The notes under the pieces were generated by a model that was given only the letters and a program-made list of their open reading frames with translations, made no database searches and was not told where the DNA came from. A program made the translations under genes and the position numbers. A DNA stretch of 64,000 bases from Mobula hypostoma. Taxonomy: Eukaryota. Position 1 is the first letter of the stretch; every line of letters starts with the position of its first letter. The stretch lies in the NCBI RefSeq assembly GCF_963921235.1, contig NC_086102.1:28644001-28708000 (forward strand), read 5' to 3'. Below are positions 1-12,276 of the stretch, one piece after another.

Positions 1-497
1 GGCCGCATCACTATCAGGTATGGGGGAGGGGGTGCACTACTGCACAGGACCGAAAGAACCTACTGGAAGTTGTAAAATTAGTCATCTCCATCTTGGGTAC
101 TAGCCTCCATAGTATCCAAGACATCTCCAAGGACCAGTGGGTCAGAAAGGCAGCATCCATCATTAAGGACTCCCATCACTCAGGATATGCCCTCTTCTCA
201 TTGTTACCATCAGGAAGGAGGTACAGAAGCCTGAAAACACACACTCAGAGATTCAGGAACAGTTTCTTCACCTCTGCCATCTGATTCCTAAATGGACATT
301 AAACTCATAAACATTACCTCACTTCTATTATTTCTGTTTTTGCACTATTTTTAATTTAACTATTCAATATACTTACATATACTTACTGTAATTGTTTTAT
401 TTATTTTTTATTTTTTCTTACGTATTGCATTGTACTGCTGCTGCTAAGTTACCAAATTTCACAACTTATGCTGATGATATTAAACCTGATACTGATT
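1..497 (+). mobile_element. Rex1/Babar-clade LINE 3' fragment
   Basis: KAASIIKDSHHSGYALFSLLPSGRRYRSLKTHTQRFRNSF C-terminus and short-repeat tail. Confidence 0.8.
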
Positions 498-1116
498 TCT
501 CAGGTACCTCATTTGCTCCTGCCTGCATATACCCACATTTTCTTAACCAGGGCCTCAATATCTCTTGAAAACCAAGGTACCCTAAACCAGTTATCTTTCC
601 CTTTTATTCTGACAGGAACATATAAACTCTGTTCTCTCAAAACTTCACTTTTGAAGCCCTTTCATTTATCAAGTACACCCTTGCCAAAAAAACAATCTGT
701 CCTAATCCACACTTGACAGATTCTTTTTTGATACGATGAAAATTGGCCTTTCTCCAATTTAGAATCTCAACCTGAGGACCAGAGCTGTTCTTTTCCATAT
801 TTACCTTGAAGAGAATAGCTTTATGATCACTGATAACCTCCTTGAATTTCTGCCAATAAATCTGTTCAAAGTAGTCCTAAAGCATAAAGTGATGGTCCCC
901 ACGGCAGTCTTCTCCATTTTCAGCAGCGGCTGGTATGCTGGGATTAACATTATGGAGATGTGGTCAGAGAGGCTAAGAGAGCACCATGAGAGCATATCGG
1001 TTAGCGTAATGTTATTGCAGCTAGTGGTGTTCCAGAGTTCAGAGTTTAATTCCGGTGCTGTTCTGTAAGGGGTCTCTGTACATCCTCCCCATGAAATGCT
1101 TCCGTTTTCCCCGGGA

Positions 1117-1148
1117 CTGAGAAGGGTCTCATTCCGAAACATTGACTG
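1117..1148 (+). ncRNA. Degenerate hammerhead/PLE remnant
   Basis: CTGAGAAGGGTCTCATTCC-GAAA-CATT-GACTG, homologous to the PLE motif, with an indel in the CUGANGA region and no 5' arm of stem I. Confidence 0.4.
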
Positions 1149-2185
1149 TTAATTCCTCCCCTAGATAGGTGTACAATGTCCCCTGTGTGGTTTCCCCTGA
1201 GTTTTAATACAGTTGGAAAAAGTTAGCTTCACTCTTGAACATAAATCATCTTGCAATGTAGTCTAAAATACAATATCATACCTATTTTAATGTTTTGACT
1301 GCACAATTCAACAGTCTATTGATTTGATAGATTGCTTTTTCACATCGGTAGGATCTTTTGAGTACCTAGTCTCCTGAGACTGCTAGATTTTATTCAGATT
1401 ATACTAATCTTGCTGATCTTTGGATGCAGGGTTGTCTGCAAAACTTATACTTTTTTGCCATTTTTTGTGCTATTATTTCAATTTGAAGCAAGCACTTGAG
1501 GATATAAATTAGTTTTGTCATTTTCTCAAAGGCAGTTTGTTGGGATCAGGAAGAAATTTCTTACACTCCAGTTCTCTGGTTTATGAGATGGCTGATGAGG
1601 ATGCTGTAAGATCCGCAGAATCTGCCATGGGTGGGGCAGGAGTTTCCTGACATGGTAAATGGGTGGGTAGTTTAGGAAGTGATTCACTGCTTCCTGGACA
1701 TGGGACTTTCTTTGTACGCCTGACATATGGACACAAGATACTGAATACCATTAAGAATGCTCCTCTCCAACTTTGTTTCACTGTAACAACACGGTGGAAA
1801 ATAATAAATAAATGTTTATGTTAATTAACTCTGATTAAAATTGATCATTTCTGACTGACAGAAAATTTGATTTATGGACAGTTCTCATAAATGCAATCTT
1901 TAAGTAACCTGCAGACTAAAAGTAGAGGAGATTGATTTCCTGCAGATTGGCATTTGCAAACTTTTCTGTGTGGTATGAAGCACAGCTACGTTTTAGACTG
2001 ACAACGTCTTATTGCTACATTTCTCTTGGTCCAAAACTTAAATGAATGGGAGGCTTTCTTTTTATCTCAAGAAGATTCTTCATTCATATAACTTGAAATG
2101 CAACTTAAATTCATCTATGCATTAAAGTTCACAGCACACCAGGTTGTGTTTACTGTACAGAAAAGATTCATTTACTATCAACATT

Positions 2186-4418
2186 ATAGAAACATAGAAA
2201 CATAGAAAATAGGTGCAGGAGTAGGCTATTCGGCCCTTCGAGACTGCACCGCCATTTATTATGATCATGGCTGATCATCCAACTCAGAACCCCGCCCCAG
2301 CCTTCCCTCCATACCCCCTAACCCCCATAGCCACAAGGGCCATATCTAACTCCCTCTTAAATGTAGCCAATGAACTGGCCTCAACTGTTTCCTGTGGCAG
2401 AGAATTCCACAGATTCACCACTCTCTGTATGAAGAAGTTTTTCCTAATCTCGGTCCTAAAAGGCTTCCCCTCTATCCTCAGACTGTGGCCCCTCGTTCTG
2501 AACTTCCCCAACATCGGGAACAATCTTCCTGCATCTAGCCTGTCCAGTCCCTTTAGGATCTTATACGTTTCAATCAGATCCCCCCTTAAATCTTCTAAAT
2601 TCCAACGAGTACAAGCCCAGTTCATCCAGTCTTTCTTCATATGAAAGTCCTGCCATCCCAGGAATCAATCTGGTGAACCTTCTTTGTACTCCCTCTATGG
2701 CAAAGATGTCTTTCCTCAGATTAGGGGACCAAAACTGCACACAATACTCCAGGTGTGGTCTCACCAAGGCCTTGTACAACTGCAGTAGTACCTCCCTGCT
2801 CCTGTACTCGAATCCTCTCGCTATGAATGCCAGCATACCATTCGCCTTTTTCACCGCCTGCTGTACCTGCATGCCCACTTTCAATGACTGGTGTATAACG
2901 ACACCCAGGTCTCGTTGCACCTCCCCTTTTCCTAATCGGCCACCATTCAGATAATAATCTGTTTTCCTATTTTTGCCACCAAAGTGGATAACTTCACATT
3001 TATCCACATTAAATTGCATCTGCCATGAATTTGCCCACTCACCCAACCTATCCAAGGTACCCTGCATCCTCTTAGCATCCTCCTCACTGCTAACACTGCC
3101 ACCCAGCTTCGTGTCATCCGCACACTTGGAGATGCTGCATTTAATTCCCTCATCCAAGTCATTAATATATATTGTAAACAACTGGGGTCCCAGCACTGAG
3201 CCTTGCGGTACCCCATTAGTCACCGCCTGCCATTCTGAAAAGGTCCCGTTTATTCCCATTCTTTGCTTCCTGTCTGCTAACCAATTCTCCACCCACACCA
3301 ATACCTTACCCCTAATACTGTGTGCTTTAAGTTTGCACACTAATCTCCTGTGTGGGACCTTGTCAAAAGCCTTTTGAAAATCCAAATATACCACATTCAC
3401 TGGTTCTCCCCTATCCACTCTACTAGTTACATCCTCAAAAAATTCTATGAGATTCGTCAGACATGATTTTCCTTTCACAAATCCATGCTGACTTTGTCCG
3501 ATCATTTCACCGCTTTCCAAATGTGCTGTTATCACATCCTTGATAACTGACTCCAGCAGTTTCCCCACCACCGACGTTAGGCTAACCGGTCTATAATTCC
3601 CCAGTTTCTCTCTCCCTCCTTTTTTTAAAAAGTGGAGTTACATTAGCCACCCTCCAATCCTCAGGAACTAGTCCAGAATCTAACGAGTTTTGAAAAATTA
3701 TCACTAATGCATCCACTATTTCTTGGGCTACTTCCTTAAGCACTCTAGGATGCAGACCATCTGGCCCTGGGGATTTATCTGCCTTCAATCCCTTCAATTT
3801 ACCTAACACCACTTCCCTACTAACATGTATTTCGCTCAGTTCCTCCATCTCACTGGACCCTCTGTCCCCTACTTTTTCTGGAAGATTATTTATGTCCTCC
3901 TTAGTGAAGACAGAACCAAAGTAATTATTCAATTGGTCTGCCATGTCCTTGCTCCCCATAATCAATTCACCTGTTTCTGTCTGCAAGGGACCTACATTTG
4001 TCTTTACCAGTCTTTTCCTTTTTACATATCTATAAGAGCTTTTACAGTCCGTTTTTATGTTCCCTGCCAGTTTTCTCTCATAATCTTTTTTCCCCTTCCT
4101 AATTAAGCCCTTTGTCCTCCTCTGCTGAACTCCGAATTTCTCCCAGTCCTCAGGTGAGCCTCTTTCTCTGGCTAATTTGTATGCTACTTCTTTGGAATTG
4201 ATACTATCCCTAATTTCTCTTGTCAGCCACGGGTGCACTACCTTCCTTGATTTATTCTTTTGCCAAACTGGGATGAACGATTGTTGTAGTTCATCCATGC
4301 AACCTTTAAATGCTTGCCATTGCATATCCACCGTCAATCCTTTGAGTGTCATTTGCCAGTCTATCTTAGCTAATTCACGTCTCATACCTTCAAAGTTACC
4401 CCTCTTTAAGTTCAGAAT
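2186..4418 (-). mobile_element. CR1-clade LINE, 5'-truncated young copy, frameshifted ORF2
   Basis: ORFs 3591-4385, 2570-3571 and 2284-2640 give contiguous CR1 ORF2 ([46 protein letters not shown] mutated to CADD); (TTTCTATG)n 3' tail. Confidence 0.95.
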
Positions 4419-4886
4419 ATTGATTTTACTTTAATATGTTTTCCATGACTAAGCAAGTTGAGGCACTTTAATGGATTCCAGAACCTCAGTGTGCAATGGT
4501 AACAGGTCCTTAATTGTGGCTTCTCCCCATTAAGCCTTTGTAATGGTAGAACTGATGTTACTATATGTGTATTCCTCATCATGTAGTCCTGCATCTGGAA
4601 ATGTGCCCATCCGCAGCAGTCCATCATGGAGGGTACCTTCCTGCACCCAGTGAAGCCTGGGAATGTGTGCTAACTCATGTTGAAAGACCACTGAAGTTCT
4701 TTTAAAAATACCTTTAAAAATCCTAAATTCCATTTGAAGATGGCTGATAGTCTTACCCACTCAAGGCAAGGTCTGTTCTTGTAAGAACTGGAGAGGCCAC
4801 TCTAGATGAGCTCATCTGAAAAGACATTCATAAAATGAAGATGGCAGAAAGATGCTGAAGAATTTCTCTTCAGCTAGTGGCAAGTA

Positions 4887-5336
4887 CATTCATTGATCAT
4901 TTTATTAGGTATCTCCTATACCTAATAAATTGACCACTGAATGCATGTTCGTAGTCTTCTGCACTGTAGTCCATCTACTTCAAAGTATGATGTGCTGGGC
5001 ATTCAGAGATGTTCATTTCCACACCACTGTTGTAACATGTGTTTTTTGTACCATTCTCTGAAAACTCAAGAGACTGCTGTGCGTGAAAATCCCAGGTGAT
5101 CAGCAGTTTCTGAGATAGCTCAACCACCCCACTTAGCACCAACAATCATTCCACAGTTAAAGTCACTTGGATCATATTTCTTCCCCCATTCTGATGTTTG
5201 GTCTGAACAACAACTGAACCTCTTGCCCATGTCTGTATGCTTTTAAACCTTGAAATGCTGCCACATGATTGGCTGATTAGATATTTGCAGTAACGAGCAA
5301 GAGTACAGGTGTACCTAATAACGTACTCACTGAGTG
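4887..5336 (-). mobile_element. Non-autonomous Tc1-like element (same family)
   Basis: Reverse-orientation homology to 16477-17070 including the terminal motifs. Confidence 0.72.
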
Positions 5337-6640
5337 GACAAAGTTCCCTTTTTGGCCCAGATTTTGCGATTGTAAAAGCAGTAAGGTCATCACTGATTAC
5401 TGTCATCACTTGATAAAACTGACAGCAGCTTCTGATAGTTGCACACATGCAGTCAAATGAGGAAATCCGAAATGATGCTGACAGTACATTTCTGTCCACC
5501 ACAGGGTGCCCTACTTTGCATTCTTAACCACTTTAATTATTTTTAATTCACAATCTGAGGAAAACCTCAGCTACCTATAAATTGTTCAAACTATAGAACA
5601 ACAGGGAATATTGTGACCCACTGAATGAGGTAAAAGTGATGTTTTAATGGTGTACCAAGTCTGATGACTAATTGTTGTAACCGGCAGTAAAACAAACCCA
5701 TTATCTGTAGTTTCTAGATATTTATCCTCAGGATTTACCACCACCATCACCACCCCCATCTCCATGTGTGTAGGTGAGTAGTAGAATCTGGGAGAAGTTA
5801 ATGGGAACAGGTGGAGAATAAAAAAAAGAATTAGTGTTAATGGATGATTGATGCCAGGCACAGTCTTGATGGGCCAAAGGCCCGGGCTCCATGCTATGTC
5901 CATAAAATGTGGACAAACCTGCTGAACATTTCCATCAGGTTTTTAAGTCCTTTTAAAATGCCATATTTACCAGGATGCTACCGGCCTATTGCTTGTGTTG
6001 TTGTACTCGATGACTTTGTTTGATGTTACCTCAAATCAAATCAAGTTAATTTATGTCATTCAAACCATACATGGATACAGCTGAATGAAACAGTGCTCTG
6101 GAGCCAATGTGCCAAAGCATACCTGCACATTCAGAATAATGATAAAGGAAATAAAAAGAACATAGCCACGTAGAAAACACATTTTTAGTCCAACCCCCAA
6201 GTGACAAGTCCTGCAAATTGATGGTTCCCAGCAGACCAGCCTTTAATTCCACTGATCCAACACTAGATGGGAGAGGCCATCCCCAACCGAGCCCAGACAC
6301 CATGCTACAATGCAAGCCCGAGGACTGAGCCCTAGTTCTCGCCACAACCGAGGAGACACTGCTGCCTTGCCGCTTATCCACCACTCAAAGGAAGTAGGCC
6401 TGCGGCAATCAATGTCTAACAGGGTCTTGCAATCACAAAAGAAATGATCCTGAGGTGGAAAGCTTCAGTTATGAGGAGAGAATGGATAGCCTGAGCTTTT
6501 TCTCCTTGGCATCAAGGAGGCTGAGGGACGACCTGATAAAGACAGACAAAATTATGAGAGTCAGAGGTAGAATGGGTGGTGAGAACATTGCAGAGTAGAG
6601 CATAGTACAGGCCCTTTAGTCCACAATGTTGTACCAATGT

Positions 6641-6938
6641 GTGGACACGTGGCCAAGTGGTTAAGGCATTCGACTAGCTACCTGAACGTCGTGAGTTCGA
6701 GCCCCAGCCGAGTCAGCATGTTGTGTCCTTGAGCAAGGCACTTAATCACACAGTACTCTGCGACGACACTGGTGCCAAGCTGTATGGGTCCTAATGCCCT
6801 TCCCTTGGATAACATCGGTGTCATGGAGAGGGGAGACTTGCAGCATAGGCAACTGCTGGTCTTCCATACAACCTTGCCCAGGCCTGCGCCCTGGAGCGTG
6901 AAGACTTTCCAGGCGCAGATCCATGGTCTCGCAAGACT
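6641..6938 (+). mobile_element. tRNA-derived CORE-type SINE
   Basis: A box TGGCCAAGTGG (6650-6660), B box GTTCGAGCCC (6695-6704), CORE-like TGTGTCCTTGAGCAAGGCACTTAA (6722-6745). Confidence 0.8.
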
Positions 6939-7124
6939 CCAAAATCAATCTAAAACTTCTCTCTCACATTGCCCTCAATTTTTTATTTCATCCATCTGCT
7001 TATCTAAGAGTCTCTTAAATGTCCCTAATGCTTCTGCCTCTACCACCATCTCTGACAATTCAGTTCATGCACCCACCAGCATATCAGCTTTCTTTATGTT
7101 GTCCTCACATTCATTATGTCCCTC

Positions 7125-9400
7125 TCACTAGCGAATACAAAAGCAAAGTATTCTTTAAGGACCTTCCCTATCTTGTCTAATTCCAGGCATATGTTTCTTC
7201 TTTTATTCCTGATTAGTATTACCCTCACTCTAATTATCCTCTTGTTCCTCATGTACATGTACAATGCCTTGGGGTTTTCTTAATCCTACTCATTAAGGCC
7301 TTCTTATGTCCCCTCCTGGCTCTCGGAAATCCCTTCTTAAGCTCCTTCCTAGCTACCTTATAACTCTCTGGAGCCCTGTCTGATCCTTGCTTTTTAACCT
7401 TAAATAAGCTTCTTTCTTCCTCTTTACTAGATGTTCCATATCTCCTGTCAACCATGGTTCCTTCACTCTACCACCTTTTTGCTGTCTCAATGGAACATAT
7501 CTACCAGAACCCCAGGCAAGTGCTCCCTAAACAATGTCCACATTTCCATTATGCATTTCCATGAGAACATCTGTCCCAATTTATGTGCCCAAGTTCTTGC
7601 CTAATAGCATCAGAATTCACCCTTCCCCTAATTAAATACTCTTCCATACCATCTGCTCCTATCCCTGTACAATGTTTGTTAAAGTCGTGGAGTTACAGCA
7701 GGGGTCCCCAACCTTTTTTGCACTGCGGACCGGTTTAATATTGACAATATTCTTGCGGACCGGCTGACGGGGGGTGGAGGGGGGTGGAAGGATTGCCAAC
7801 GGACCAGAGTACCAGTCAAATACGTTGTAGTTACCCCAAGAAAGACTACAATGACCATGAAGCCTTGCGCGGGCACCAGTGTGCATGCGTGCGCCTGCCG
7901 ATTCTTTTCCCCTGCAAATCGATTTTGGCGATTCTATTCACCGGCGGACGGGGGGGGGGGTGTTAATCACCACCAGAATATTGGTGATAAGTGGTTAATA
8001 CACTCAATTTCGTTTCTAAATGGGTTATCTAACGAATTTAATATAAAACACACAGCACATATTTTCCTCGCATGAATATAGTGATAAGTCAATTATCAGG
8101 GGAGGACGGGGAACTTGAAGTAAGTGTTGAATGAACTTCCAGTAGAAGTGGCAGAAACGGGTTCAATATTATCATTTAAAGAAAAATTGGATAGCTATAT
8201 GGACAGGAAAGGAATGGAGGGTTGTGGGCTGAGTGCAGGTCGGTGGGATTAGGTGAGAGTAGCGTTCGGCATGGACTAGAAGGGCCGAGATAGCCTGTTT
8301 CCGTGCTGTAATTGTTATATGGTTATATGTCAATAGCATCATAACATTCTAAGTAACGTTTGGATATTAAACACACAGCACATATTTTCCCCATATGAAC
8401 ATATAAAATCATTGCAACACACCAATATCGCTGAATCAGTGGGAGCCCTGGGCTTGTTTCCCTGCAACAAGACGGTCCTATCGAGGGGTGATGGGAGACA
8501 GCGATACTCGAAGGGGGTTCCTTACGTCCAGTCTATTCCGCAATTTAGTTTTCGTTGCATTCATTGCAGAAAACGCTGCTTCGCAGAAATATGTTGTAAG
8601 CAACGTTTTCTGTGGTTTCGTGGCTGTCTCAGGATATTCAGCCTTGACTTTGATCCAGAATGCCGGCAGAGATGTTATGTCAAACATACTTTTCAGCCCG
8701 TCGTCATTTGCAAGCCCGAGGAGTTGATCTTCTTCCCGCGCTGAAATGGATGACGCGTGCGTAATGACTTTGCGTGCGTTCAAGCTCAACAGTGCGTGAC
8801 AGGGAATGAGGAAAGGTGCAGCCGACTCATATTGCCAAATCATATCATTTCCTCACGGCCCGGTAGCGCATGCTTTGCGGCCCGGTGGTTGGGGACTGCT
8901 GAGTTACAGTCACTATCTCTGAAACACTCAACCAATGAGAGATCGGTCATCTAGTCAGATTTATGGTCTGGTACTTGATCCAGCATTGCCTCTCCTCTAG
9001 ATGACCTGTCCACATATTGTGTCAGGAATCCATCCTAGACACATCTGACAAATTTCATCCCATCCAATCTTTTGTACTAAGGAGGCGCCAATCAATACTA
9101 GGGAATTTGAAATCGCCTAGGACAACAATCCTGTTATTTTAGCATCTTTCCAAAATCAGCCTTCTGATATGTTCCTCGGTGTCTCTATTGCCAATGGGGG
9201 GTGTGGGGTTTAAACAATACTCTACTCTCAATAGAATGATTGCACTTTTCCTGTTTTTGGCTTCCATGTACACCAACTCAGTAGAGAACGCCTCCTCCAC
9301 ATCCTCCCTTTCTGCAGCTATGATAGTGTCCCTAGTAATAGTAATGCCATACCCATCCCTCTCTTTTACCTCTTTTCCTTTTCCTTTTGAAGCATCCAAA
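7125..9400 (-). mobile_element. Decayed CR1 ORF2 fragment interrupted by a hAT element
   Basis: ORFs 9139-9399 and 7249-7455 resemble CR1 endonuclease and linker; the sequence across the hAT TSD reads as a degenerate GDSDHN-like motif. Confidence 0.7.
7699..8901 (-). mobile_element. Non-autonomous hAT (Charlie/Buster-like) DNA transposon
   Basis: TIRs CAGGGGTCCCCAACC / GGTTGGGGACTGCTG; perfect 8-bp TSD AGTTACAG (7691-7698, 8902-8909); ORF 8478-8843 encodes the hAT C-terminal dimerisation region (FWIKVKAEYPE...TTYFCEAAFSAM...KLRNRL). Confidence 0.93.
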
Positions 9401-9911
9401 CCCTAGAACCTCCAGCAGCCTTAAGAAGATTGTTGTCATAATGGAGGTGCCTGAATCCGGAGAGCGTAGTTTTAAGGTGAGGAGAAGGGTCAGAGGATAT
9501 CTGAGAAAAAAAATCTGGAAATCACTGGGTGAGAAGATTGTGGAGATCATTACTCTCACAGCAATTAAGAAGTATCTCAATGAACACTCAAGTCCGAGAT
9601 GCAGAAAGCTACATGCACCAAGTATTGGTGCCTGGGGTGAGTACAAATGGTACTTGATCTGCCTAGACGTGATAGCACAATGGACTTGTTTCTGGCTGTT
9701 TGACTCTTTGACTCCATAACTGATCAATTGTAGCATAATATTAAGCAATTAGCAAATTATTACTCTCAACCAAACAGTGATGAGACAGCCTACGGAGAGG
9801 AGGTGGAAGAGCTTGAGGCCTGGTGCCTGGTAAATAAACTCTTTCTTAGCAACACACACAAAATGCTGGAGGAACTCAGCAAGGCAGGCATCATTTATGG
9901 AACAGAATAAA

Positions 9912-9947
9912 CAGTTGACATTTCAGGCCAAGACCCTTCTTCAGGAC
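9912..9947 (-). ncRNA. Diverged hammerhead motif in PLE fragment (about 9850-9947)
   Basis: Reverse complement gtc-CTGAAGA-AGGGTCTTGGCCT-GAAA-TGTC-aactg; stem I partly lost. Confidence 0.55.
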
Positions 9948-10555
9948 CTCCTTATTATGTCAACAAGACAAAGGAGATGGTTATTGACTTCAGGAAAACC
10001 ATTCACACCTCTCTTCACATCAATGGCACAGCAGTGGAGACTGTGAGCAGTTTCAAACTCCTGGCATTGCACATCTTGCACAACTTCTCTTCGTCCCAGA
10101 ACACATCGTCCACAGTTCAGAAAGTACATCAAAGCCTGCATAAGGACTGTCCATCCCAATCACATCAGTGAAGTGGCAACGCAGCATCCACACCAGGAAC
10201 ACTAGATTCAAAAACAGTTGCTGTCCCCTAGGTATCAGGCTGATCAACACGAACCCACACTGCTACTACAGACACCTTATCCGATGACAACCCTCCACCA
10301 CTACATATTTAAGGCAGAGGTTGATAGATTCTTGATTGATCAGGGCATGAAGGGATATGGGGAGAAAGCAGGAGATTGAGGCTGAGAGGAAAATTGGATC
10401 AGCCATGATGAAATGGCGGAGCAGACGCGATGGGTCAAATGGCCCAATTTTGCTTCTATACCTTATGGTCTTATTACTCAGTGTCACTTTATGTACATAC
10501 AGTCTGTCTATTACAGTTTTTTGTGCATTGTGTTTTGTAAGATTTCTTTTATATT

Positions 10556-10593
10556 TAGTCCTGACGAAGGGTCTCGGCCTGAAACGTCGACTG
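10556..10593 (+). ncRNA. Minimal type-I hammerhead ribozyme motif (PLE-associated), intact core
   Basis: TAGTC-CTGACGA-A-GGGT-ctcg-GCCT-GAAA-CGTC-GACTG. Stem I TAGTC/GACTG, CUGANGA and GAAA boxes, stem II GGGU/GCCU, palindromic ACGU mini-stem III, GUC cleavage after 10588. Confidence 0.85.
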
Positions 10594-10693
10594 TACCTCT
10601 TCCTAGAGATGCTGCCTGGCCTGCTGCGTTCACCAGCAACTTTGATGTGTGTTGCTTGAATTTCCAGCATCTGCAGAATTCCTGTTGTTTGCG
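10556..10693 (+). mobile_element. Penelope-like element terminal fragment inserted in a Rex1 3' UTR
   Basis: Hammerhead followed by GATGCTGCCTGGCCTGCTGCGTTCACCAGCAAC...CAGCATCTGCAGAATTCC; flanked by TTTTATATTTA at 10547-10557 and 10694-10704. Confidence 0.75.
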
Positions 10694-12276
10694 TTTTATA
10701 TTTATATTTATTGTGCTTATTTCTTTTTTATTGTGTTCTATATGCTTATTTTTTATGCTGCGTCAGATCCTTTTGTTCCCCTTTACACTCATGTACTGAA
10801 GAATAACAATCAACAATCTTGAATCTTGAATTGGACACAGCCAATTCAAGGGGAAGCAATCTATTTAACTCTCCAACTAAAGGTGAGATGAATGAATATG
10901 TAAGCTATGACTGACATGAAGGATAAAATAAATAATGCTTGCAATAATGATAATTACTTGATTTGGAAATCTTTATATTAATCACACCGCTTACTATATG
11001 ATTAAAATAAATATTTTGAAACAAGATATCAACAAACATAGTTGTATGAATTTATATCAAAATATGCACTGAATTCATGTGACAAATCAGATTCAGATTT
11101 ATTATCACAGACATATACTGTGAAATTTGTTGTTTTGCTGCAGCAGTACAATGTAACACAAAATCTATGAACTATGTAAATAAATAAGCAGTACAAATAA
11201 AAGAAGCTAGTATTTATGTCTTCATGGACTGTTCAGAAATCTGATGGCGGAGGGAAGAAACTGTTCCTAAATCACTGAGTGTGAGACTGCAGGATCCTGT
11301 ATCTCCACCCTGATGTAGTAATGAGAAGGGGGTACGACCCGAATGGACTGCAAACAAAAATTCCACAGATTAATGTCTTTAAGCGCTCTTCCACAAAGTG
11401 AAAAAAGACCATAGAAAAGTAGCATCACCCAAACCAGCATACCCAAAAGTCTTTGTGTCTGTTCTGAAATAATTTATTTTTAAGGTGTTCAGAATGAAAC
11501 CCATGCTGTTTGTATTCATGGTGTTTTATCATCAAGCAAGTGAGAATAGGAATACTTATTGTACAAAATAAGATATTGGCGTATGAACAGCTGAACAGGG
11601 CCCAGATTGCTTAGGACTTTTTTCCATATCAGAATCTTGCAGGGCAATAATTATCACAGAGCTGTCCAGAAAACAAACTGGGTAATATTCTTGCTGCCAC
11701 CTGAATCTATGAAGTTAACTTATAAAAAGCGAACAACAAATATTTCCTTTCATTTTGAAACTAATATAACCATAATGAGTTGCTGAATGTGGTCTACTTC
11801 ACTGAAGAAAAAGTACTGTTCTCTTTGTGTGGGTTTTAACGAAGAAATCAATTGAATTACAGATTGGGATTATATTCTTTTCCCACAGGAGCATTTAGTC
11901 TTTAAACTCTCTGGAATTAAGAAGGCTAGAAGTGGGTGGTAGTTCTACTTAATGCAGAGCAGAACTGAATGGAGTTCACAAAAGGAGTTGAGTGACTGAA
12001 ATCTGTAAAAAGTTACACCAGCTCCTGCTGTGTTGCCTACAAGATACCTAGATCAGTGGATTTCAGGCCTCAGGCACATCAGCTCTGTACATCATCAGTG
12101 TAAAGATGTGGTTTATGTTTGGTGTCCCTGATGGGAGACAAGGTTTTAATTCTACTTTTATAAACCATATTTTGCAACCCAGATTTAAAATACTTGATAT
12201 AAAAATAATTTTCAGAGTTTTGAACAAAAAGCATTTCAAAAGGATACAATTATGATATGGGTGGCGCCAATAATTC

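Larger units (their letters stand above)
9765..10830 (+). mobile_element. Rex1/Babar LINE fragment interrupted by two PLE pieces and a CR1 3' tail (about 10305-10472)
   Basis: KTKEMVIDFRK...INGTAVETVSSFKLL motif; CTTGAATCTTGAAT tail. Confidence 0.7.

Noticed and set aside
1586-1630. ATGG-CTGATGA-GGAT...ATCC-GCAGAA-TCTGCCAT looks hammerhead-like
   Set aside because: No GAAA directly after stem II and no stem III or NUH geometry; no homology to the PLE family.
6641-6712. Possible tRNA gene
   Set aside because: A and B boxes are present, but it runs into a CORE-like SINE body with no convincing acceptor stem or Pol III terminator.
10266-10799. Recurrent peptides (MLEIQATHIKVAGERSRPG, LPRDAAWPAAFTSNF) in several ORFs
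   Set aside because: They are translations of the non-coding PLE terminal repeat, not a gene family.
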